The translations under genes and the position numbers were made by a program. Under the pieces are notes generated by a model, which was not told the DNA's origin, did not search any database, and worked only from the letters and a program-made list of their open reading frames with translations. A stretch of 63,431 bases of DNA, counting the filler, from Octopus bimaculoides (taxonomy: Eukaryota), in the NCBI RefSeq assembly GCF_001194135.2. It is 8 parts of 7 records of this genome, joined end to end, with 100 filler letters (N's around TTAATTAATTAA, not from the genome) between each part and the next. Parts side by side here need not be neighbours in the genome. Positions count along the whole stretch, not along the records: positions 1,606 to 27,543 come from NC_069003.1; positions 27,644 to 39,207 come from NC_068996.1; 6 more parts are not named here. One strand, given 5' to 3'. This document shows, in pieces, positions 27,250 through 37,566 of this stretch. The number at the start of each line of letters is the position of its first letter. Position 1 is the stretch's first letter.

Positions 27250-27348
27250 AGGGCCGAGGAAATAAGTACCAGTTAAGCACGGGGGTCAAGGTAATTAACT
27301 AACCCCTTCCCCCAAGTTTCAGGCCCCCTTGTGCCTATAGTAGAAAGG

Positions 27349-27399
<51 letters not shown>

Positions 27400-27460
27400 G
27401 TTATTGCTATTGTTATTATTATTATTGCTGTTGTTGTTATAGTTGTTACTATTATTGTTG

Positions 27461-27543
<83 letters not shown>
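27250..27543 (+). mobile_element. SINE family B 3' part with expanded (ATT)n/(GTT)n tail
   Basis: AATAAGTACCAG...GTGCCTATAGTAGAAAGG followed directly by about 195 bp of ATT-based repeat. Confidence 0.7.
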
Positions 27544-27643
27544 NNNNNNNNNNNNNNNNNNNNNNNNNNNNNNNNNNNNNNNNNNNNTTAATTAATTAAN
27601 NNNNNNNNNNNNNNNNNNNNNNNNNNNNNNNNNNNNNNNNNNN
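27544..27643. other. Artificial scaffold-join spacer
   Basis: 44 N + TTAATTAATTAA (27588-27599) + 44 N. Confidence 0.95.
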
Positions 27644-27713
<70 letters not shown>

Positions 27714-28011
27714 ACAAGGTATAAATGTGAGTATAGAAACAGATGTAAGTCAAATTTACTGCAATAAAACAAATGTAATGACCATCATTTATACCTTGTC
27801 TTGTGTACCACTCTGTGTAAAAGCTAGTATAACTGAAGTACAGCTATGGATTTACAGTATAGAATGGTGATGAACTGTAACTTTGGACCCTCCCACAGGA
27901 GCACTAATCTGAATGATGTCATTAGCCTGATGTACTGACAGAGATTATAAAGTATTTTGCTTGGATTGATAATCCCTCACTAATGCCTCATATATACATA
28001 TATATATTTTG

Positions 28012-28351
28012 TTTTAGTCATTTGACTGCGGCCATGCTGGAGCACCGGACTTATTCTTTGTAAACCTAGTACTTATTCTATCGGTTTCTTTTGCCAAACT
28101 ACTAGGTTACGGGGAGGTCAACACACCAGAATTGGTTGTCAAGCGATATTGGGGGGGACAAACACAGACACACAAACATATACACAACAGGCTTCTTTCA
28201 CAGTTCTTTCAGTTTCCATACACTGAATCCTCTCACAAGACTTTGGTTGGCCTGAGGCTATAGTAGAAGGCACTTGCCCAATGTGCCACACAGTGGGACT
28301 GAACCTGGAACCATTTGGCTGGTAAGCAAGCCATTTACCACACACCAGCTC

Positions 28352-28352
<1 letters not shown>
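28012..28352 (-). mobile_element. SINE family A with internal deletions
   Basis: Reverse complement matches both ends of family A. Confidence 0.8.
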
Positions 28353-28409
<57 letters not shown>

Positions 28410-28425
28410 TATACATATACATACA

Positions 28426-28550
28426 CAGGGTGATTCAAAAATCGCCATACATAAGAATATTTTATTTTTTTATAAAGTTTTTTTTTTATTTAACTGTTTC
28501 TTATAAAAAAATAAATTTTTCCTATGTACGGTGACTTTTGAATCACCCTG
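28426..28550. mobile_element. Tc1/mariner-type MITE, about 125 bp
   Basis: About 30-bp TIRs: CAGGGTGATTCAAAAATCGCCATACATAAG versus CAGGGTGATTCAAAAGTCACCGTACATAGG (reverse complement of right end); TA follows the right end. Confidence 0.75.
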
Positions 28551-28596
28551 TATCGATACAGACATATATATATATATATATATATATATGTGCATA

Positions 28597-28785
28597 CATC
28601 ATCATCATCCTCGTTTAACGTCTGCTTTCCATGCTGGCATGAGTTGGGTGGTCTGATTTGGCAAAGTTTCTATAGCTGGATGCCCTTCCTAACGCCAACC
28701 ACTCCAAGAGTGTAGTGGGTGCTTTTACGTGCCACTGGCACGAGGGCCAGTCAGGCACTGGCAACGGCCATGCTCAAATGGTGTA
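28597..28785 (-). mobile_element. RTE LINE 3' UTR fragment with (GAT)n tail
   Basis: Reverse complement matches 35950-36148. Confidence 0.8.
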
Positions 28786-29536
28786 TATATATATATATAT
28801 GCAATTACTACTTCAAAGGTTCTGCTAGCTATGAAACATATAGCCTGGATTTTATCTACTCCATTTCCTAATTTTAGAGATAAATCCATAAGTCGTGATA
28901 TACAGTTGCCTAGGGTTTCCTGGTCAAAATATTAACTAATGTTGGCATTTTTAGAAAATGTACACTTAGTACAGAAACAGAAGGACCCTGATTCTTCATC
29001 AGTTATCGACTGAAATACTAATACCGTTTCATGCCTTTAACAATATATATATATTGCTAATATTATTTAGGTGTTTTGTTTTCAACTGAGTGCTCTTCTT
29101 GACACTAACTCTCACCTGTTTTCATGTAAAGGATCTCTTATTTCACACTTCTTTTAAGGCTCAAAATTAATGGACAATTTGATGCGAGAAGGGTCAACAT
29201 CACACATACACACTGTATGTGTAACAGAATATATATCTATATAACTCCCCCAAACACTCAATTGGTAACGAATATTACACCATTGTTTTGAAAATCAGCC
29301 ACTCAATCAAATTTAAATGTTTATTCATATATTTGAATTACATCACACTATATTACATGCACCATCCAAATTTTGATTCAGTTTTAATCACAACTGTCCA
29401 ACAAACGGGAATGTGAAACTCTAAATAAGTTTCGTGATAATTTTGCAGCTTTAATGTGTGTATATATATATATACATATATATATACATATATACATATA
29501 TATATACATATATATATACATATATACATATATATA

Positions 29537-29979
29537 TCATCATCATCATCGTCATCGTCATCGTTTAACGTCCGCTTTCCATGCTAGCATAGGTTGGACG
29601 ATTTGACTGAGGACTGGAGAAACCAGGTGGCTGCACCAGGCTCCAATCTGATTTGGCAGAGTTTCTACAGCTGGATGCCCTTCCTAACGCCAACCACTCA
29701 GATTGTAGAGGGTGCTTTTATGTGCCACCTGCATGAAGGCCAGTCAAGCGGTACTGGCAACAGCCACGCTCAAAATGGTGTATTTTATGTGCCACCCACA
29801 CAAGAGCCAGTCTAGGGGCACTGGCAACGACCTCGCTCGAAATTCCTTACACATGCCGCGGGCAAAAGTGCCAGAAAGGCGATGCTGGGCACAGGTGCCA
29901 TCACAATTTCGCTTTCACTTGCCACAATAAGTCTTCGCAAGCTGAGTTTCGTGTCCAATGAAGAAGACGATGTTGGCAT
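29537..29979 (-). mobile_element. RTE LINE 3' UTR with (GAT)n tail (runs into gap)
   Basis: Reverse complement matches the RTE 3' end, including tandem units. Confidence 0.85.
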
Positions 29980-30411
29980 NNNNNNNNNNNNNNNNNNNNN
30001 NNNNNNNNNNNNNNNNNNNNNNNNNNNNNNNNNNNNNNNNNNNNNNNNNNNNNNNNNNNNNNNNNNNNNNNNNNNNNNNNNNNNNNNNNNNNNNNNNNNN
30101 NNNNNNNNNNNNNNNNNNNNNNNNNNNNNNNNNNNNNNNNNNNNNNNNNNNNNNNNNNNNNNNNNNNNNNNNNNNNNNNNNNNNNNNNNNNNNNNNNNNN
30201 NNNNNNNNNNNNNNNNNNNNNNNNNNNNNNNNNNNNNNNNNNNNNNNNNNNNNNNNNNNNNNNNNNNNNNNNNNNNNNNNNNNNNNNNNNNNNNNNNNNN
30301 NNNNNNNNNNNNNNNNNNNNNNNNNNNNNNNNNNNNNNNNNNNNNNNNNNNNNNNNNNNNNNNNNNNNNNNNNNNNNNNNNNNNNNNNNNNNNNNNNNNN
30401 NNNNNNNNNNN

Positions 30412-30772
30412 TTAGATAGAAATAATTACAGAGGTGTCAAATTGTTGGATCAGGTGATGAAAGTTACAGAGAGGGTCATAGTCTAACTATGAGTTAGTCT
30501 AGATGAGATGCAGTTTGATTTTTTGCCAGGGAGAAGCACCACTGATGCTATATTTCTGGTAAGGCAGCTGCAGGAGAAATTCTTGGCCAATGCCAGTGCT
30601 GCCGGCACATAAAAAGTACCATTCGAGCATGGCTGATGCCAGTGCCACCTGACTGGCTCCTGTGCCGGTGGCACATAAAAAGCACCCACTACTCTCTGAG
30701 TGGTTGGCACTAGGAAGGGCATCCAGCTGTAGAAACTTTGCCAAATCAGATTGGAGCGGACATTAAACAATG
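30412..30772 (+). mobile_element. Internally deleted RTE fragment (RT piece fused to 3' UTR)
   Basis: LDRNNYRGVKLLDQVMKVTERV...DEMQFDFLPGRSTTDAIFLVRQLQEKFLA joined to 3' UTR units. Confidence 0.8.
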
Positions 30773-31823
30773 ATGCTGTTATATTATTGTGTGTGTGTGT
30801 GTGTGCGTCTCGTGACATCTCACCTGCACTTGATAAAATGTATTGAAATGTTAGGATGATGCTCTGGTGATGAGAGACTTAGTTTTCACAGAAGTAGAAT
30901 TAGAATGTTTGGTATTTAGAGTTGTCGTTGCAAGCCTGGCTTGGTGGTTATGCAGTCATAAGGATCTAAGTTCAATCTCACTGCATTGCTGTTTGAGCAA
31001 GTGTGTTTTATCACAGTATCCAGCTAACCCCAATCTCTTGTAAGTAAAGTTGGGTGAACAGAAACTGTGTGGAAGCCTGTTGATTAGCTTCGAACTGTAT
31101 TTGTAATTCAAAAGACCAACCCTTTCAAATATCACTGATTTTATATTAAGGACACATGGTCTAGTGGTCAAAGTGTTGCACTTAGGATAGGGAAATCGTG
31201 GGTTCTAGTCCTGAACTGGGCGATGCACTGTGTTCTTGAGCAAAGCACTTCATTTCATGTTGCTTTGTGATGACTTTGGCATCTGATGTGTGACACACTT
31301 GTGTACCTGTACAGGGCAATGTTGATCTGGTGGAGGGCACGAGGTAATGTTCAGTACAAGCATTTGATTGCTCTAAGCAAGTCATCTGTGTGGTTGCTCA
31401 CCAAGTAATTTTGGAATCAATTTTCATGGACTTGAGAGACTTGTTAAAGTAATATACATGTACAAGACAGTAGTTCAGTTGATTGAACAATGCTTATCAT
31501 TGGGACTGGCAGAAAATCTGTCATCACCACCACCACTGTCATCATCGTCATCATCACCATCATGAGTATCAAATCTTTGGTCAGTGTATGGAATCACGTT
31601 TAACTACTTGAAGATTTCTTTGGTTCTTAGACCAAGTTACATGCTTCATCCTTACATATATTGCTTGTTTTTGGTAGTTTTGGTATTTTATCCAAGAAGG
31701 AAATGGTAAAATCCCAAGTTCTACTATCAAGTTTCATGTTTTGTTTCTAATGTATATCCTATGTTTTATGTAAGAAATGTCTCAGTACTTTTTAAATATT
31801 AGACTTTATTCTTTTTAATCTAG

Positions 31824-32668
31824 AAATTCTACAAGCCCGACTAGCGATCCTTTGTGTTTCGAAGTTTGCAGTTCACACAGTTCCGAACATTGTCCCAGTT
31901 CTGAGAAAGATTCTTGCCACTCTGATGACATTAAAAAGACATCTTCAGATGACATCGTTAGAGAATCACAAACTCATTTGCTTTCAACAAAAGACTGTGA
32001 AAATGCTGATGAAGAAATTGCTTGGAGTGAAGAGGAACTGTTAAATGAATCTCTTGTGGAAACTGCTTTAGTCGACAATTCCATTGTTAATTCAACAGAA
32101 AATTCTTCTGCAATTCAAAGTAGTAATGCAACAGTTGAAAGTCCTAGGGTTCAAAATGATCCCAAAGATTCTGATCAATCGAGCTGCCAGAAAACGTGCT
32201 TAAGCAAAAAGAGAACTCCTTCTAAAACTCAGAAGGTAATTTGTTCAGAAAACGCATCTTCCGTTTCAGAAGATATGGATTTATCTGATACTGATATTGA
32301 TGAGATACTCTCTCAGTTACATGAAACAGATTTTGTCGTGTCTAACATGTCTCTAAGTAGCACGAATGTCAACTCTGAAACACCTCCTCTGGACTCTGTT
32401 GCTTTAGACCTGCAACAATGCCATAACAATCGAGTAACAAGATCAATGATTAAAAAGACAAATGTACAAGTTTTAGACAATTCAGATCAAGTTAATCAAA
32501 GGTCTTTAACAAAAAATATTAAGAACAGAACTAATGGATGTGATACGATGCTAAGGAAAGTGTACTTCCTTAGAAATTTGACTGTGCCACAAACAGAAAC
32601 TAGGGTCATTACTAAGGCATCGGTTCCAGTTAGCAACAATGCCCAGCAACACAATTTGTCTACTAAAC
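31824..32668 (+). CDS. Large internal exon (845 bp) of an unidentified gene; Ser/Asp/Glu/Asn-rich, probably disordered
   Basis: About 281 open codons in non-repetitive sequence; acceptor TTCTTTTTAATCTAG with an in-frame stop just upstream; donor AAAC|GTAAGT; phase 2 to 1. Confidence 0.75.
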
Positions 32669-32847
32669 GTAAGTTTTTCTCCAAGCATGTTCAAGTTTTC
32701 GATTTTCTTTTTCTTTTTTGTTCTTTTCTTTTTTTATTAATGTAGTCTAACATGTCTGAATGTGTGTGTGTGGTTATATATATATATATGTATGTATCTT
32801 TATATATTTGTGCTTGTGTATATGTGTGTGTATATATATATATATAT

Positions 32848-32892
32848 ATCATCATCATCATCGTTTAACGTCCGCTTTCCATGCTAGCATGG
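32848..32892 (-). mobile_element. RTE 3' tail fragment (cut by gap)
   Basis: CATCATCATCATCGTTTAACGTCCGCTTTCCATGCTAGCATGG. Confidence 0.75.
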
Positions 32893-33139
32893 NNNNNNNN
32901 NNNNNNNNNNNNNNNNNNNNNNNNNNNNNNNNNNNNNNNNNNNNNNNNNNNNNNNNNNNNNNNNNNNNNNNNNNNNNNNNNNNNNNNNNNNNNNNNNNNN
33001 NNNNNNNNNNNNNNNNNNNNNNNNNNNNNNNNNNNNNNNNNNNNNNNNNNNNNNNNNNNNNNNNNNNNNNNNNNNNNNNNNNNNNNNNNNNNNNNNNNNN
33101 NNNNNNNNNNNNNNNNNNNNNNNNNNNNNNNNNNNNNNT

Positions 33140-33382
33140 AGGGTCATTACTAAGGCATCGGTTCCAGTTAGCAACAATGCCCAGCAACACAATTTGTCTA
33201 CTAAACGTAAGTTTTTCTCCAAGCATGTTCAAGTTTTCGATTTTCTTTTTCTTTTTTGTTCTTTTCTTTTTTTATTAATGTAGTCTAACATGTCTGAATG
33301 TGTGTGTGTGGTTATATATATATATATGTATGTATCTTTATATATTTGTGCTTGTGTATATGTGTGTGTATATATATATATA
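33140..33382 (+). repeat. Near-identical duplicate of 32602-32847 across an N gap
   Basis: Direct reading; includes the 3' end and donor of the large exon. Confidence 0.85.
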
Positions 33383-33398
33383 TTTGTATGTATATATA

Positions 33399-36148
33399 CA
33401 TGGAGTTGGTACCAGAAATGAAGAAGGAACTAGGCTCCTGGAGTTCTGCAATGCAAATAACCTATTGATCTGTAACACCAACTTCAGGAAGCCAGCCAGC
33501 TACCTGATAACTTATAAATGAGGTGACTCTGCTAGCCAGATTGATTTCATTCTCACCAGACAGCGGGATGCATGGTTGCTCTTAAATACAAAGACCCACC
33601 TTGGTGAAGAATGTTCCCCCACCCCAGTATAGACTCGTTATTAGTGACTTTAGACTCGAGGCCAGAAGGATTCCAAAAAGCAGACCAATCTGGAAAAGAA
33701 GGACTTGGAAGCTTAAGAACCCTTCACATGGTCAGAGATTTAGGGATATCCTTACTGAGAAATTTGATGAGAGGGAGGAGGAGCTACAGTCCTGTGACAT
33801 AGAAGGCAGCTGGGAATTCCTGAGACAGTTTGCTGAGCACTACAGACCAAATCTGTGGCTGGTGCAAAGTCCCTTCCAGACTTTGGGTAACAAGGTGGCA
33901 GAACTGTACTGTAGACAGGGCCATTGGAGCAAAGAAACAGGCCTCGAAGCGTGTGGGCAGCAGGGGACTGTATCAGATAGCCAAAAGGGAAGCTAAGAGA
34001 CTGGTATATATAGCCAAGGGATTAGCAGAAAAGAAGTTTGCCAATGTTCAGTGATGTGAGGACCAAAGTACTGAAGTATTTTGGAATGCAAGACAGTGTG
34101 TGAGAGAAAATTGTGATGTCACAGGAGAGAAATGTGTCTGCATAAATGATGGTGCCTTTGTGTTTAATGATTTTGCAAAGAAAGAGGCTTGAAGATGGCA
34201 TTATGAAAGACTGCTAAATGTGGAGAATGAATGGGAGGAGGAGAGCCTACCAAAGGTTGACCCAATTGAGGGACCAGCTACCCAAATCGACAGTACCCTG
34301 GTGGATAAAGCAATTAAGGATATGAAGACAGGGCAAGCACCAAGCCCATCAGGAATCACCACTGAGATGCTTAAAATATCAAGCAGTGTAGGTTATGGGT
34401 TTGTCACCCATATTGTTAACCAGGTGATACATGAAGGAGTCATACCCAATGACTGGTGTAGCAGCACCAGAGTCAACTGCTACAAAGGTAAAGGTGATGC
34501 ATTAGATAGAAATAACTACAGAGGTATCAGATTATTGGATCAGGTGATGAAAGTTACAGAGATGGTCATATCCTAACTAATTAGGGAGAAAGTCAGCCTA
34601 GATGAGATGCAGTTTGGTTTTGAGCCAGGCAGAAGCACCACTGATGCAACTGCAGGAGAAATATCTAGCCAGTTCATCAAGGATCAGTCTTCAACCCCCT
34701 CTTATTCATTTTAGTCCTCCAGGCAATAACCGAGGAATTCAAGACAGGCTGCTCCTGGGAGCTTCTCTATGCTGATGACCTTGCTCTAATAGCCAAGTCA
34801 CTGCCAGAATTTGAGACAAAGTTTAGGGTGTGGAAGCAAGGTCTAGAATCAAAGGACCTTCGGGTTAACTTAGCAAAAATCAAAGCCTCAGTAAGTAGGA
34901 AGGCTGACAAATCACGAACCCCTTCAGGTAGATGGCCCTGCTCAATCTGTAAAAAGGCGTGGGTAGAAACTCCATACAATGTACTTGGTGTAAGCTATGC
35001 GCACACGAAAGGTGCAGCAATATCAAAGGAAGGTAAACCAGGAAGATAGTTTTTGTGTGTGGCAGATGCACAGGGGCAATAAACACTGATAATGTACAGA
35101 AAACAGATTCCATCACATGCCAGGGGGAAAAACTAGAAGTAGCTGATAGCTTCCGCTACCTAGACGACCAAGTCTGTGGTAGGGTTGGTTACTCTGAGAG
35201 TGTAGCGGCTAGAATAAGAATAGCTTGGGCAAAGTTCAGAGAGCTCCTACCTCTGCTGGCAGCTAAGGGCCTCTCGCTCAGAATGAAAGGTAGACTGTAT
35301 GATGTATGAGTGTGAACTGCCATGCTACATGGCATTGAAACATGGCCCATGACTGCTCAGGACATACGTAGGCTTGAAAGAAATGAAGCTGGTATGATCC
35401 ACTGGATGTGTAATGTCAGTGTGCGTACACGACAGAGTGTGAGTACCCTGACAGAAAAGTTGGACATAAGAAGCATCAAGTATGGTGTGCAAGAAAGACG
35501 ACTGCGCTGGTATGGTTATGTGTTACGTATGGATAAGACAGCTGTGTGAGGAAGTGCCACACCCTAACTGGAAGGAACCTGTGGAAGAGGTAGACCCAGG
35601 AAGACATGGGATGAAGTGGTGAAGCATGACCATCGAACACTGGGCCTCACAAAAGCAATGACAGGAGACCGACGGCAACTAAAGTGTAATCGCAGCCATG
35701 ACCGATGCTAGTGTTGCATGTCCAGCCCATTTAAGAGTACCCTTGATGCTTTGGGTGATATGATATGCTTGAGAAGACCTGTTGAGTCAAGTAAAATCAA
35801 AATTGTAGTTGTGGTCAGTAACCCCTGACTGGCTTCCATGCTGGTTGTACGTAAAAATCACTACCCAAACATGATCGGTGCCTGACCGCCTGACTGGCTC
35901 CCGTGCCTGTGGCTCATAAGAAGCACCATTCAAATGTGGCTGATGCCAGTGCCCCAACTGGCTCCTGCGTTGGCGGCATGTAAAAAGCACCCACTACACT
36001 CTTGGAGTGGTTGGCGTTAAGAAGGGCATCCAGCTGTAGAAATATTGCCCGATTGGATTAGAGCCTGGTGCAGCCACTGGCCCTCCAGACCTCAGTCAAA
36101 CTGTCCAACCCATGCCAGCACGCAAAACGGACGTTAAACGATGATGAT
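33399..36148 (+). mobile_element. 5'-truncated, decayed RTE-clade LINE (APE C-terminus, RT with PHD-like insert, 3' UTR, (GAT)n tail)
   Basis: HGVGTRNEEGTRLLEFCNANNLLICNTNF (APE); MKTGQAPSPSGITTEMLK, NYRGIRLLD, VHQGSVFNPLLF, LYADDLALIA, SFRYLD (RT); multiple stops and frameshifts. Confidence 0.9.
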
Positions 36149-36169
36149 ATACATATAATATGTATATCA

Positions 36170-36370
36170 TCTATCGCCATGACAGATTGCTAATCACTAC
36201 ACACATTTTTTTTCTCTCCTTGTTTCTTTCTGTGTTCCTCTCTGTGGAAGAGCATAGGCTCGAAACATTAAAGATTTTTTCACTTCCCGAGCATTAAAGT
36301 AATACATCTGTTTGTTGTCTACACCACCTGTTTTTGTCTTTTGTTTTTTTTTTGTGAATTCTCCCTAATA
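36170..36370 (+). repeat. Dispersed repeat carrying a degenerate hammerhead-like motif
   Basis: Homologous to 39308-39395 (minus); contains CTGTGGAAGAGCATAGGCTCGAAAC. Confidence 0.55.
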
Positions 36371-36669
36371 TGTGTATATATTTATATGTATATATACATA
36401 TTTATATATATATATGTGTGTATATATTTATATATAAGTTAGAGGTTGTACAACCATCTAAGGGATAGATGTATCCATAGGCACTCCTGGTGTATTACCT
36501 CAATATGTATGGTCCTCATTATAAGGTATATGGTAGTAGGTAATTTGAATTTGAAGGTAAAACTGTGGTTTAATATATATATAGAGACAATAAGAAATGG
36601 AGCAATAATTAACAATGAGAAGTGGATCATTGGTGTTTTAAAGTCATTGTTTAATTAAATTAGGAGTAT

Positions 36670-36746
36670 GTTTACAGCTGTTTCTATTTATCAAAATGAG
36701 GTAAATTTGCATTTACCTCGTTACAATTGACAAACATCTTCAGAAC
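36670..36746 (-). ncRNA. Putative type I hammerhead ribozyme with extended stem II
   Basis: GTT-CTGAAGA-[TGTTTGTCAA..GAGGTAAAT(GCAA)ATTTACCTC..TTGATAAATA]-GAAAC-AGCT-GTA-AAC. Confidence 0.6.
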
Positions 36747-37194
36747 GAGTATATGTAAAAAGAAAGCAAATAGAAGGAAAAAAGAGTTCATTAAAGCAAC
36801 AGTCTTACATTTTAGTGACTTACGTATTTCCACGTGTCAGTAGAAGGATAAAAGAGAAGAGAGTTTGTTAAATCCATAGTCTTACATTTAGTGACTTTCA
36901 TATTTCCACGTATCTGTAGATTCCTATATTCGGTGCTAATGGTGGTAATGGGGACAGTGGCTAGTTGACCGGCAGTGTCAGCCGAAGGTGTTATACCTAG
37001 TGGAGATATCCTATGTTGTCATTGGACATAAGTAACGCTAACTTGTAATTACAATAGAAGCCGTAATATAAATAAGGATGTTATTTAAAGTTTGTACAAT
37101 ACAGTGTGGACAATGGGCTAAGTAAAGGAATAATAGAATGGGTTGAAGAGTACATAGAAAAACATTAAGGTTAATAGGAAAATTATAGTGTATA

Positions 37195-37566
37195 GGCGCA
37201 GGAGTGGCTGTGTGGTAAATAGCTTGCTTACCAACCACATGGTTCCGGGTTCAGTCCCACTGCGTGGCATCTTGGGCAAGTGTCTTCTACTATAGCCTCG
37301 GGCCGACCAAAACCTTGTGAGTAGATTTGGTAGACGGAAACTGAAAGAAGTCCATCGTATATATGTATGTTTGTGTGTTTGTGTTTGTCAACCCATCAAC
37401 ATTGCTGGTGTGTTTACGTCCCCGTAACTTAGCGGTTCGGCAAAAAGAGAACGATAGAATAAGTACTAGGCTAACAAAGAATAAGTCCTGGGGTTGATTT
37501 CTTCGACTAAAGGCGGTGCTCCAGCATGGCTGCAGTCAAATGACTCAAACAAGTAAGTAAAGAGAG
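37195..37566 (+). mobile_element. SINE family A, full length (reference copy)
   Basis: GGCGCAGGAGTGGCTGTGTGG (A box), GGGTTCAGTCCC (B box), CTTGGGCAAGTGTCTTC, internal TA/TG tract, 3' GACTCAAACAAGTAAG. Confidence 0.9.

Noticed and set aside
32496-32684. 62-aa minus-strand ORF (repeated at 32884-33222)
   Set aside because: Antisense shadow of the plus-strand exon and its duplicated copy.
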